Below, piece after piece: positions 33,646 through 42,935 of a DNA stretch of 49,603 nucleotides. The notes beneath the pieces are model-generated. The model was given only the letters and a program-made list of their open reading frames with translations, ran no database searches and was not told the DNA's origin. This DNA is from Myxococcales bacterium (GTDB lineage: Bacteria; Myxococcota_A; UBA9042; JABWCM01; BTVJ01). The stretch lies in the NCBI GenBank assembly GCA_045863395.1, contig BTVJ01000056.1, forward strand, positions 1-49,603, written 5' to 3'. Positions within the stretch are counted from its first letter, which is position 1. Every line of letters begins with the position of its first letter. The position numbers were made by a program, and so were the translations under genes.

Positions 33646-36261
33646 ATGGCCGATCCCATCTCCAGACCATTCCCGGCGCCGCGCACGGTGTACGGGACCA
33701 CGACGCCCTTCGTCGGGCGCACCGCCGAGGTGGAGGCCCTCTACACGGCGCTGCGAAAGGTGGCGCTCCGCAAGCGCCTGCGCCACGTGAGCGTCCACGG
33801 GCCCGCGGGCATCGGCAAGACGCGCCTCGTCGAGGAGCTGCTGTCGATCATCGGGCTCCGAGCCCGCGGCATGACCGTCTACCGCGCTACCTTCCCCTCG
33901 ACCGTGCACGCGCCCGCCTTCGCCGTCCTCTCGCAGATGATGGCCCAGCGCTTCGGCGTCGCCGGCGTCGACGAGGACGAGGTGGTCCGGTCCACGGTGC
34001 TCGACGCGCTGTCCACCACCCTGGACGCCCGGCGCGTGCGAGACGCCTGGCACCTGCTCGCCTACCTGCTGGAGCTGCCGCGCGACAAGGACGCGGGCGA
34101 CGCGGAGTGGGGGGACGTTCCGCGCCGGGCGACCCAGCTCGCCCACGAGCTGCTGCGGGTAGACGCCGGCTCGGGGACCCTCGTGCTGGTCCTCGACCGA
34201 TGGGAGCAGGCCTCTCCAGCGGCCCGTCAGGGGCTGGCCGACCTGGCAGAGGCCCTGGCGGACGTCCCGGTGCTCCTGGTGACCCTGTCGCGAGAGCCCG
34301 TGGAGTGGCGCCCCCCCGAGGGCACGCGCTTCATCCGCCTCCCGCTCCCCCCCATCACGCCCGCGGACGTGGAGCGGCTCCTGTCTGCCTTCGTGCCCCC
34401 GGGGAGCCGGGTGCCGCCGCGGCTCGTGTCGCTCCTGTCCGAGCGCGCCAGCGGCAACCCGCGCCACGTCGAGAACCTGATCCGCCTGCTGGTGAGGCGG
34501 GGCGTCCTCGCCTTGGCGGAGGACGGGTTCCGAGTGCGCCTCGACCTGCTCGAGAAGGCGCCCCTCCCGGCGACCGCCGATGCCCTGGCCCGCGAGCGCG
34601 TCGGCGCCCTGAGCGGACCGGAGCGCGACGCACTGACCGCGGCGGCGGTGATCGGTTCTACCTTCTGGCTGGGGGCGGTCCGCTCCATGCTGCGGGGCGG
34701 TGACGCCGCCGTCGTGGCCTACGACCTGCTCGATGATCGCTCCGACCTGGCGCTCCACGAGACCCTCGGCCGGCTCATGGAGGCGGACCACGTCCGCGCC
34801 GAGGGCCGGTCGACGGTCCAGGGTGACCAGCAGCTCGCGTTCGTGAACCCCGACGAGCGCCACGCCCTGCTGGAGTCCGTCGAGGCCGGCCAGCTCCGCC
34901 GCTTGCACCGCCTGGCCGCGCAGTGGATGGAGGGCGCGCGCCCGCACGAGCCGGTGCCCTTCTACATCGCCACGGCGGCGCACCTCCAGGCAGGGCGGCG
35001 GCCCAACAGGGCCGCAGTGGCGCTCCAGAAGGCGGCGCAGGGGGCGCTTGCAGCCCAGGACACGCCGCGCGCCCGCACCCTGCTCCAGCGGGCCCTGGAG
35101 ATGGCGGACACGGACCAGGCAGCCGCCAAGGCGTCCATCGCCTTCGATCTGGCGTGGACGACCCTGATGGCCGGCGCCTACGCCGAGGCGGAGGCCCTGT
35201 ACCACCGGGCAGCCGCCTTCGCGTCGGTGGTGAGCGATGAGCGACTGATGGCCCGATCCGCGAACCACATCGGCAAGGTGGAGCTCGCCCGCGGGCGCTT
35301 CGACGCGGCCCGCGCCGCGCTGGACCGCGCCTTCGAGCTGTTCGAGCGGGTCGAAGACATGGACGGCATCGCGTCGGTGCGCGAGGACCTGGGCAAGCTG
35401 ATCTGGCACCGCGCCGCACCGGGCGCCTACAAGGAGGCCCTGGAGTCCTTCCGGCGCTCCCTGTCGCTCCGCCGCTCGACCGGGGACAAGAGCGGCATCG
35501 CCCGCTCCCTGACGCACATCGCCAACATCCAGGGCCTGACGGGGCGCATGGCCGAGGCAGAGAAGGCCCACCGGGACGCCCTGACGCTGCGGCGTGAGGC
35601 GGGCGACCGCCGGGGCGAGGCCATGACCCTCAACGGCCTCGGCGTGACGCTGGCCGAGAAGGGCGTCCTGGACGAGGCGCTCACCCTGTGGGAGCGGGCG
35701 CGCGCCATCGCGACGGACGTAGGAGACCGCACCCTCTACGCGCTGGTGCTCGGCAACATCGCCGAGGCGCGCATGGGCCAGGGCGCCCTGGACGAGGCGG
35801 AGCGCCTGCTCACCGAAGCGGAGGACACGGCCCGTGACATCGGCAACACCCGCATCCACGGCTACGCCCTCCAGACCCACGCGCAGCTCCTGCAGAAGCG
35901 GGGCGACGTGGACGGCGCCATCGGGAAGGTAGGCGAGGCGGTCACCATCGGCGAGCAGACCGGCAACCGGCACCTGCTCGCCACGTGCCTGCGCACACGG
36001 GCGCAGCTCGCGGCATCCCGCCTCAACCCGACCGGAGACATGACGCTGCCCGTGGGCACCCCTGCCTTCGTGGAGGACGCCATGGAGGACCTGACGGCGG
36101 CGCTCCGCATCTTGGAAGAGCTGGGCGACATGCCCGCCCTGCACCGCACATTGGACGTGAAGGCGACCATCTTGGAGGGGGTCGGGCTGCTCGGAGAGGC
36201 GCTGCCACTCCGGCTGCGTGCGAGAGAGATTCGCAAGCACCTCGGCTGGAAGGGTGCCTGA
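33646..36261 (+). CDS. AAA_16/STAND-like ATPase with C-terminal TPR array
   Basis: PFVGR..E, GPAGIGKT Walker A, LVLVLD Walker B, SGNP motif, then multiple TPR-like repeats (NHIG, NGLG, GNIA). Confidence 0.88.
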   Translation: MADPISRPFPAPRTVYGTTTPFVGRTAEVEALYTALRKVALRKRLRHVSVHGPAGIGKTRLVEELLSIIGLRARGMTVYRATFPSTVHAPAFAVLSQMMAQRFGVAGVDEDEVVRSTVLDALSTTLDARRVRDAWHLLAYLLELPRDKDAGDAEWGDVPRRATQLAHELLRVDAGSGTLVLVLDRWEQASPAARQGLADLAEALADVPVLLVTLSREPVEWRPPEGTRFIRLPLPPITPADVERLLSAFVPPGSRVPPRLVSLLSERASGNPRHVENLIRLLVRRGVLALAEDGFRVRLDLLEKAPLPATADALARERVGALSGPERDALTAAAVIGSTFWLGAVRSMLRGGDAAVVAYDLLDDRSDLALHETLGRLMEADHVRAEGRSTVQGDQQLAFVNPDERHALLESVEAGQLRRLHRLAAQWMEGARPHEPVPFYIATAAHLQAGRRPNRAAVALQKAAQGALAAQDTPRARTLLQRALEMADTDQAAAKASIAFDLAWTTLMAGAYAEAEALYHRAAAFASVVSDERLMARSANHIGKVELARGRFDAARAALDRAFELFERVEDMDGIASVREDLGKLIWHRAAPGAYKEALESFRRSLSLRRSTGDKSGIARSLTHIANIQGLTGRMAEAEKAHRDALTLRREAGDRRGEAMTLNGLGVTLAEKGVLDEALTLWERARAIATDVGDRTLYALVLGNIAEARMGQGALDEAERLLTEAEDTARDIGNTRIHGYALQTHAQLLQKRGDVDGAIGKVGEAVTIGEQTGNRHLLATCLRTRAQLAASRLNPTGDMTLPVGTPAFVEDAMEDLTAALRILEELGDMPALHRTLDVKATILEGVGLLGEALPLRLRAREIRKHLGWKGA

Positions 36262-36349
36262 TTCACAATCTGGCGCTGGACCTTCGTTCATGCGCTCTTT
36301 GAGCTGTCTCACGGGTCCCGTTCCGGGGCCGCCTGGACAGGGAGGAACC

Positions 36350-37654
36350 ATGAGCGAGGGACACTACATCGCGCTCTCCCACCACCGGGTCATGCTGCTC
36401 GATCAGGCGCGCATGGACGCCTACGAGGCGGCTGTGCGCGCCGTCGTCCGGCCCGGGGACGTGGTGGTGGATCTGGGCACGGGGACCGGCGTCCTCGCGC
36501 TGTGGGCCGCCCGGGCCGGGGCCCGCAAGGTCTACGCCATCGACCCGGCGCCGATCATCCAGCTCGCCCAGCGGCTCGCAGAGGACAACGAGGGCGGGGA
36601 CCGTGTGGAGTTCATCCAGGCGGACGCGCGGCGGGTCTCACTGCCCGAGCCCGCTGACGTGCTGGTCAGCGAGTGCATGGGCAACTTCTTCGTCACGGAC
36701 GACCTGGCGCCGGTGCTGCGGGACGCGGCCCGCTATCTGAGGCCGGGCGCCCGCGTGGTCCCACGGCGCATCCGCCTCTGGGTGGCGCCCGCCTTCTACC
36801 CCATGCTCGACGACGTGACCTTCTGGACGTCGCCCATCCACGGCCTCGATCTGAGCGGTGCCCGCAGCTACGCGCTCCAGACCACCTACGTGCGCCACGT
36901 GGACCCGGCGCTCCTCGTGGCACCGGCCGCGCGGGTGGCGGACTTTCCCATCCTGGAGTCTCCCGACACGGTGGAGTGCGCCGTCTCGTTCGTCGTGGAC
37001 AGGCGCTGCACCGTCCACGGCCTGGTGGGCTGGTTCGACGCCGAGCTCTCGGACGGCGTCCTGCTCGACACGGCGCCTGGCTCCAACACCCACTGGGCGC
37101 AGACCTTCTTCCCCATCGAGCCGGTCTCCCTCGCCGCGGGTTCCCGGCTGGACGCCCGCCTCCACCTGGAGACGGACGCGGCGTACCGCACCCGCTGGCG
37201 CTGGAGCGCGGAGGTTCGTGATCCGCAGGGACACCTGATCGCTCGCTCCCGACACGACACCAGCGTCCGGCTGCCGCCCTCACGCATCGTGGTCACGGAG
37301 GCCGACCGGGACCACCTCGGCGCGCTCCTGCTTGCGCGACAGGCACAGGAGCTGGACACGTCCGGCCCGCTGCTCGCCGAGCTGGAGCGCGCGACGGTGA
37401 TGTCGGCGGATGACCTCCCGACGGACGTCGTGACCATGAACTCGCGCGTGGCGCTCGAGGATCAGGAGTCCGGCACGCGCGACGAGGTGGCGCTGGTCTA
37501 CCCCCGCGACGAGGACCGCGACGCGGGCCTCGTGTCTGTGTTGAGCCCCCACGGCTGGCGGCTGCTCGGCAAGCGCGTCGGCCAGTCGGTGGTGTGGCAG
37601 GCCCCGTGTGCCCCGCCGCGCCACCTGCGCATCGTGGAGGTCAGGTGGCCGTGA
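36350..37654 (+). CDS. Protein arginine methyltransferase (PRMT)-like enzyme fused to an Rnk/GreA-family domain
   Basis: H..ML.D..R..AY, VVDLGTGTGVL, VSECMG (double-E loop region), GWFD, THW loop; C-terminal IVVTEAD...LLAELERA...DVVTMNSRV...LVYP...VSVLSP.G..LLG..VG of Rnk; GGAGG RBS. Confidence 0.85.
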   Translation: MSEGHYIALSHHRVMLLDQARMDAYEAAVRAVVRPGDVVVDLGTGTGVLALWAARAGARKVYAIDPAPIIQLAQRLAEDNEGGDRVEFIQADARRVSLPEPADVLVSECMGNFFVTDDLAPVLRDAARYLRPGARVVPRRIRLWVAPAFYPMLDDVTFWTSPIHGLDLSGARSYALQTTYVRHVDPALLVAPAARVADFPILESPDTVECAVSFVVDRRCTVHGLVGWFDAELSDGVLLDTAPGSNTHWAQTFFPIEPVSLAAGSRLDARLHLETDAAYRTRWRWSAEVRDPQGHLIARSRHDTSVRLPPSRIVVTEADRDHLGALLLARQAQELDTSGPLLAELERATVMSADDLPTDVVTMNSRVALEDQESGTRDEVALVYPRDEDRDAGLVSVLSPHGWRLLGKRVGQSVVWQAPCAPPRHLRIVEVRWP

Positions 37655-37751
37655 GGGGCTGCGGAAGGAACGCCCGTTGCCGGTGCGGCACCGACCGTCT
37701 ATGCTGCCCCGTGCCGCTCCGTCACGGACTGCCACCATCGGGAGGTGCGGG

Positions 37752-38705
37752 TTGCGAATCGAACGAATCCTACCGCTGATCATCATCGCCGCCACGAGCT
37801 GCGATGACGTCGTCGTCACGCCGCTCGGCAAGTTCGGGGACCTCGGGAACGGATACTTCCAGTACGAGTGCACCAACACCTGGGACGTGATGTGCCGGTA
37901 TGGGGCCTACGCGAGCGACTTCCCGCGCCAGATCGCGCTCGGGGCCCGCTTCTCCATGGCCTACGAGGCGACGAACGGGGACCTCAACAACATCCCAATC
38001 ACCGTAGAGCCCGTGTCCGTGGAGTGGATCGCGCCGGCCGGGGCCGCCTTCCAGACCAAGAAGCAGGGCAACGTGGCGATCATCGCCCGGAGCACCAAGG
38101 ACGGCCGCGTCGTGGACTACATCCACGTGGACGTCGTGCAGGCCTTCGACCTGGACGTGCTGACCGAGGCGGGGGGCGTGCCTCCGAAGACCGTGTTCGC
38201 GGGCGCGGAGGTGTCGCTGGTCGCGACGCCCTACGACGTCTACGGCGACTCGCTCCCCGGCAGCCTCGCGTGGACCTGGGGCACGAGCAACGACGCGGTG
38301 GTGTCTCTGGCGACGGTCAACGGCACGCCGAAGATGCTCTTGTACGCCAACGGCAAGGGAGCCGCCGAGGTCACCGTCGCGTCGGGCGGCACGACCCGCA
38401 CGCTGAAGTTCGAGGTGCTCGCCAAGCCCGGCGGCGGCTACGGGTCCGATGCGGGCGGGTCGGACGACGTGGGGGGCTCGGGCGACGTGTCCTCTTGGGA
38501 TGCGGGCGGGAGCGACGCCGGCGGGGGCGACGCCTGGGACGAGGACGCGGGCACGGGAGACGCCTGGGAGGACGACGCTGGCACCGGAGACGCGTGGGAG
38601 GACGACGCCGGTGGCATGGACGTCGAGGGACCGGACACCGCGGGGGAGGACGTCTCGGGCTCAGACACCGCCGAGGACACCGGAGGCGACGATGCGAACG
38701 ATTGA
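37752..38705 (+). CDS. Lipoprotein with Ig-like domains and acidic repeat tail
   Basis: GGAGG then TTG; LIIIAATSC lipobox; TW.TS..AVV..GKG.A.VTV Big_2-like pattern; D/G-rich tail. Confidence 0.7.
   Translation: MRIERILPLIIIAATSCDDVVVTPLGKFGDLGNGYFQYECTNTWDVMCRYGAYASDFPRQIALGARFSMAYEATNGDLNNIPITVEPVSVEWIAPAGAAFQTKKQGNVAIIARSTKDGRVVDYIHVDVVQAFDLDVLTEAGGVPPKTVFAGAEVSLVATPYDVYGDSLPGSLAWTWGTSNDAVVSLATVNGTPKMLLYANGKGAAEVTVASGGTTRTLKFEVLAKPGGGYGSDAGGSDDVGGSGDVSSWDAGGSDAGGGDAWDEDAGTGDAWEDDAGTGDAWEDDAGGMDVEGPDTAGEDVSGSDTAEDTGGDDAND
38529..38618 (+). repeat. Three 30-nt tandem coding repeats (DAW(D/E)(E/D)DAGxx)
   Basis: gacgcctgggacgaggacgcgggcacggga / gacgcctgggaggacgacgctggcaccgga / gacgcgtgggaggacgacgccggtggcatg. 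Confidence 0.85.
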
Positions 38706-39105
38706 GCTGCGCGCGCTCCTGCTGAGTCTGGCGCTCCTGCTGGCTGCCTGCGGCCCCGACTACTCACACATGGAGTTCGAGCAGATCGCCATCTCTCCCG
38801 GCACGCTGACGTTCACGAGCGAGAAGATCGTGATGTCCGAGGCGGCAGCGGCCCGCGTCTCGGCGCAGGCCTACTGGGACAACGGAGAGGCCATCGACAC
38901 CGGCGAGACCAGCGTCCGGCTCACCTCGGCGGACCCGGACATCTTCGGCGCCGACACCATCATCGGCGACTCGGCCCTGCTCTTCTACGGCATCGCGCCC
39001 GGGGACTCCTTCCTGGTGGTCCGCGTGGACGGAGACGTCGTGGAGCGTATCCCGGTCAAGATCGTCCCGCAGAAGCCAGGAGTCGAGGACACGCCGCCCG
39101 AGTGA
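38692..39105 (+). CDS. Small lipoprotein, Ig-like
   Basis: GGAGG RBS; LLLSLALLLAAC lipobox; overlaps the upstream stop. Confidence 0.75.
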   Translation: MRTIELRALLLSLALLLAACGPDYSHMEFEQIAISPGTLTFTSEKIVMSEAAAARVSAQAYWDNGEAIDTGETSVRLTSADPDIFGADTIIGDSALLFYGIAPGDSFLVVRVDGDVVERIPVKIVPQKPGVEDTPPE

Positions 39106-39133
39106 CCCACCCTCCGCGAAGGATCCCACACCC

Positions 39134-39940
39134 ATGAATCTCTGGGAAGCCGCGCTGCTCGGCCTCATCGAGGGCGTCACCGAGTACCTGCCCGTCAGCT
39201 CCACGGGGCACCTGCTGGTGGCCGGGACCTTCCTGGGTGTCGGCGGCGACGACGCGGGCAACGCCTACGCCATCGCCATCCAGGCCGGGGCAATCCTGGC
39301 GGTGCTGGGGCTCTACCGCATGCGCGTGGGGCAGATGGCGGCGGGGCTCGTCGGGCGCAACACCGGCGGGCGACGTCTGCTCCTCCTCGTGATGCTGGCC
39401 TTCCTGCCGGCGGCGGTGGCAGGCCTGCTCTTCGACGAGCCCATCGAGCGTGTCCTCTTCGGGCCCTGGCCCGTGGTCGTCGCCTGGCTGGTCGGGGGCC
39501 TCGCCATCCTGGCCGTGTCGCCGCGGCTGGAGCGGCGACCAGGGCGCGCATTGGAGCAGCTCGACGCCCGCGCGGCGCTCATCGTCGGCCTGATGCAGTG
39601 CCTCGCGCTGTGGCCAGGCACGAGCCGCAGCCTGGTCACCATCCTCGGCGGCCTCCTGGCCGGGCTGTCCCTGGTCGCCGCGGTGGAGCTGTCCTTCCTG
39701 CTGGGGCTCGTCACGCTGGGGGCCGCGACCGCCTACAAGGCAGCGCAGCACGGCGACACCATGGTGGACGCCTACGGCTGGGGTCCAATCCTCGTGGGGC
39801 TCGCCGTCGCGTGGCTATCCGCGACGCTCGCCGTGCGCTGGATGGTCGCCTGGCTCAATCGCCACGGCCTGCGCCTGTTCGCGTGGTGGCGCATCGGGGC
39901 GGCGGCCATCGTGACCGTGGCGCTGTTGGTGCGGGGGTAG
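39134..39940 (+). CDS. uppP: Undecaprenyl-diphosphate phosphatase (BacA family)
   Basis: GLIEGVTEYLPVSSTGHL, IQAGAILAV, PGTSRS; multi-TM. Confidence 0.95.
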   Translation: MNLWEAALLGLIEGVTEYLPVSSTGHLLVAGTFLGVGGDDAGNAYAIAIQAGAILAVLGLYRMRVGQMAAGLVGRNTGGRRLLLLVMLAFLPAAVAGLLFDEPIERVLFGPWPVVVAWLVGGLAILAVSPRLERRPGRALEQLDARAALIVGLMQCLALWPGTSRSLVTILGGLLAGLSLVAAVELSFLLGLVTLGAATAYKAAQHGDTMVDAYGWGPILVGLAVAWLSATLAVRWMVAWLNRHGLRLFAWWRIGAAAIVTVALLVRG

Positions 39941-39979
39941 AGGGACCGCCCCTACGCAGGGTGATGACCTCACCCCCGG

Positions 39980-42268
39980 TCACGGCTCGCAGCTCCCCCC
40001 GTCCCGCCACGCGAGGACCTGCCCCTTCCCCTCCGTGATGAACCCGTAGGCGCGTGCCACCCAGTACGGCTCGATGAGATCGAGGCCCGGAGACTGCTCG
40101 GCGCCTTCCATCCAGTGGGCGGAGCCGAGCTTGTACGGGTTGCGCTGCCACATGAAGTCCTCGTGGACCCGCAGATCCATGGGGACGCCGTAGCTCGCCA
40201 GCGCGCGGACGCAGAGGCCACCCTCCACCGGGCAGTCCGTCGGGGCGCCGGTGCACTCGACGGTGATCTTCTTCTGCTCGACCGTGATGCCAAACAGGGT
40301 GATCCCCTGCTCGCAGAGCTGGCGCTCCGCCTCCGTCGGGCAGTCGACGACGGTGCCCTCGGGCAGGTGGTCGATGGCGTACTGGGGGTCGATGGAGTAC
40401 GACCGGCGCGGGTCGTCCAGCACGCCGCCGCTGCCGCCGAGCGCGTGCAGGCTCTCCAGGGCCTCCGCCAGCAGCGCCGCCTTGTTCGGGGCCATGGCGT
40501 CCGGCACCGTCCCGGCGATCATGAGCTGAGCCTCGACGTTCCTGCGCCCGACCAGCTCCTTGGCCCACATCTCTTCGATGAACACCTGCTGCATGTGGGT
40601 CTTGAGCTCACCGTCGGCGAGCTGGCTGATGAAGGTCCAGAGCGGCGTGTAGGTGATATGGGCGCCGAAGAAGGAGTTGCACCACTTCGGGGCAGTAAAG
40701 GCGCCCATGATGTGGGCGACCTCCAGGGTCTTGATGTTGCCGACCAGCTCCTCCCAGAGAAACTCCCGGTACTGCTCCTCGCCGGTCATGCGGTAGGCGA
40801 TGGTCGCCAGGTTCATCATCTGCATGGCGTCCCCGCCGCGCACGTTGGGGATGTAGAAGTGGTCGATCTGGTTCGGCGTGTCGTACTTGTGCGTCTGCAT
40901 GTCCTTGGCGAGCGCGGCGAGATCCAGCAGGAAGCTCGGCGCAGCCGCGTCGATGATGCGCTTCGGCTCCAGCATCACGTGGTCGGGGCAACCCACCTCG
41001 AAGGTTCCCTCGTTGTAGCTGTTGGGCTGGAGCATCACGTACATGACGATGGTGTCCATGGTCAGCGGGTCGTAGTCCCCCGGGTCGAGCTGGACCGCGC
41101 CGCCGGCGAAGAAGGCGGCCACCGCGTCCAGCGCCTCCTTGTTCTGCTGGAGATTGCGGACCTCGATGCGGCTCAGCCGCTTGAGATAGCACGTGAGCTG
41201 GTACGCCATGCGCTGCTTGAGGGCCTCGTCCTTGACGAGATCCCAGGCGAGCGTGAACGACGTGGTGAAGCCCGAGTATTGGTCGATGGACGGGTTGCCG
41301 TGCCACATGGGCGTCGCCTCCCACACTCCGCCTTCGATCGGCACGCCCGTGGTGAACTCTGGAGGCAGATCCTCGATGCCGGTGGGATCGAACGCGTGGT
41401 CGCCCCCGTCGAGGGTGCCCGTCCGAAGGATGAGATCGTCTCGCTTCGGCGGCGGCGTCGCGCCGTGGAGATACGGATAGCGCGCCAGGTAGCCCGGGAT
41501 CCCCGTCACCTCGAACAGCACAAGCATCTGGCGAATCTTCTTCTCGATGCGGGCGTAGTCCGCCTCGGTGCCCGTCTGCAGATATCGCAGGATGTACGCC
41601 GTCAGCGCCTTGCCGGTCCAGATGGGGCCGTCGCCCACGCCGCCGTGCCACGCGAAGTGGTCGAGGGAGCCCCACTCCGCTTCGGGCGTGCCCGCGGGTG
41701 TGGCCCCCACGAAGGCCCGGTCGGCGGTGATGCCCATGGGCTGGTGGTAGAGGTCGTACCAGCGCTCGAACAGCAGCACGCGCCGCAGGAGGGAGTCCGG
41801 CTCGGCGACGAAGGCGGCGGCGGCCAGGTCGTAGACGTCGCAGACCTGGGAGACTCCCTCGTGGCAGCGCTCCGCCTCGAAGACGGCGCAGCTCTGGACG
41901 CCGCTGCCCGCGAGCGGGTCGGACGGCGCGGCGCCAAAGGGCGTGACCGTCTCCAGAGGTGGGAGCGGTCCGCTGTCACCCTGGGCGTCATCGGGGGGCG
42001 CGACGTCGCTCGCGACGTCGCTCGCGACGTCCCACGAACCCGTGTCCTTCACGTCCGGGCCTGGCTCGGAGCCGTCCTTGACGGCATCCGGGATCGTGAC
42101 GTCCGACGCGTCGGTGCCCGCGCCGGAGTCCTGTGCATCGGCAGCCGCGACGTCGGGGCTGGCGTCGCCCCCGCCGGCGTCGGAGGTCGCGTCCTCGGCC
42201 CCCGGCGAGGGCTCCCCCTCGTCGGGGCAGCCACTCAGGAGCAAGACGGCCAGCAACAGGCGCTTCAT
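39980..42268 (-). CDS. Large lipoprotein of unknown function (helical enzyme-like core)
   Basis: MKRLLLAVLLLSGC lipobox; acidic linker; globular region with DGPIWTG, TGIPGYLAR, SIDQYSG motifs; strongly coding-like codon usage. Confidence 0.8.
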   Translation of the reverse strand: MKRLLLAVLLLSGCPDEGEPSPGAEDATSDAGGGDASPDVAAADAQDSGAGTDASDVTIPDAVKDGSEPGPDVKDTGSWDVASDVASDVAPPDDAQGDSGPLPPLETVTPFGAAPSDPLAGSGVQSCAVFEAERCHEGVSQVCDVYDLAAAAFVAEPDSLLRRVLLFERWYDLYHQPMGITADRAFVGATPAGTPEAEWGSLDHFAWHGGVGDGPIWTGKALTAYILRYLQTGTEADYARIEKKIRQMLVLFEVTGIPGYLARYPYLHGATPPPKRDDLILRTGTLDGGDHAFDPTGIEDLPPEFTTGVPIEGGVWEATPMWHGNPSIDQYSGFTTSFTLAWDLVKDEALKQRMAYQLTCYLKRLSRIEVRNLQQNKEALDAVAAFFAGGAVQLDPGDYDPLTMDTIVMYVMLQPNSYNEGTFEVGCPDHVMLEPKRIIDAAAPSFLLDLAALAKDMQTHKYDTPNQIDHFYIPNVRGGDAMQMMNLATIAYRMTGEEQYREFLWEELVGNIKTLEVAHIMGAFTAPKWCNSFFGAHITYTPLWTFISQLADGELKTHMQQVFIEEMWAKELVGRRNVEAQLMIAGTVPDAMAPNKAALLAEALESLHALGGSGGVLDDPRRSYSIDPQYAIDHLPEGTVVDCPTEAERQLCEQGITLFGITVEQKKITVECTGAPTDCPVEGGLCVRALASYGVPMDLRVHEDFMWQRNPYKLGSAHWMEGAEQSPGLDLIEPYWVARAYGFITEGKGQVLAWRDGGSCEP

Positions 42269-42292
42269 GGGAACCTCACAGGGTGTTGGGTT

Positions 42293-42820
42293 TCAGGGCT
42301 GCGGCCTGTACCACAGCAGGGCCTCGCCCGCCGCCGCGGCCTCAGCCGCAGCGGCCCGCAGCGAGACGACGAACTGGAGGAAGCTCTGGACCACTCCGTC
42401 GTCGTCGTCGATCTCGCTGGCGGGGCTGGCGGAGCGGATGCGCGGGGCCAGGGGCCCGGCGTCAAGCAGGTCCTCGGCCTCGGGCCCGAGTCCAGCCCGC
42501 AGGTCCGGCACACCGCCCTCCAGGCGCTCGAGCACGGTGGTGAGCGCCTTGGAGGCCCGCGACGCCTGCGCGCGCCCGAGCACGCACATCTCCGCCTCCA
42601 GGAACTCGAGGCCCGAAACGGACCACTGCTCGCAGAGCGCCGCGATCACCGCCTGGTGCCACCAGTTGGTCGACGTGGACTCGGTGAGCCCCGACGCCTC
42701 CGCGTCGGCATACGCCTCGCCGATGAGCGCCTTGGCGCCCACGAGGTCGTCGTCGTCGATCTCGTCGGTGGGGATGGGCAGGAAGAACACGGGGATTCTG
42801 TGGCTCATTGGCAGCTCCAT
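42293..42820 (-). CDS. Hypothetical acidic protein
   Basis: Coherent ORF with protein-like composition between two genes; start could be 42808. Confidence 0.6.
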   Translation of the reverse strand: MELPMSHRIPVFFLPIPTDEIDDDDLVGAKALIGEAYADAEASGLTESTSTNWWHQAVIAALCEQWSVSGLEFLEAEMCVLGRAQASRASKALTTVLERLEGGVPDLRAGLGPEAEDLLDAGPLAPRIRSASPASEIDDDDGVVQSFLQFVVSLRAAAAEAAAAGEALLWYRPQP

Positions 42821-42935
42821 GGTCTTTGGGGGCGCGCTCGGTCAGGCATGGTGCCCCAAGTCCCCGCCTCCTGTCGAGGCTTGCGCGCGCCCGCGCTGGC
42901 TGGTACCTCTGTGGCCCCCACGCATGGAGGGTCGG

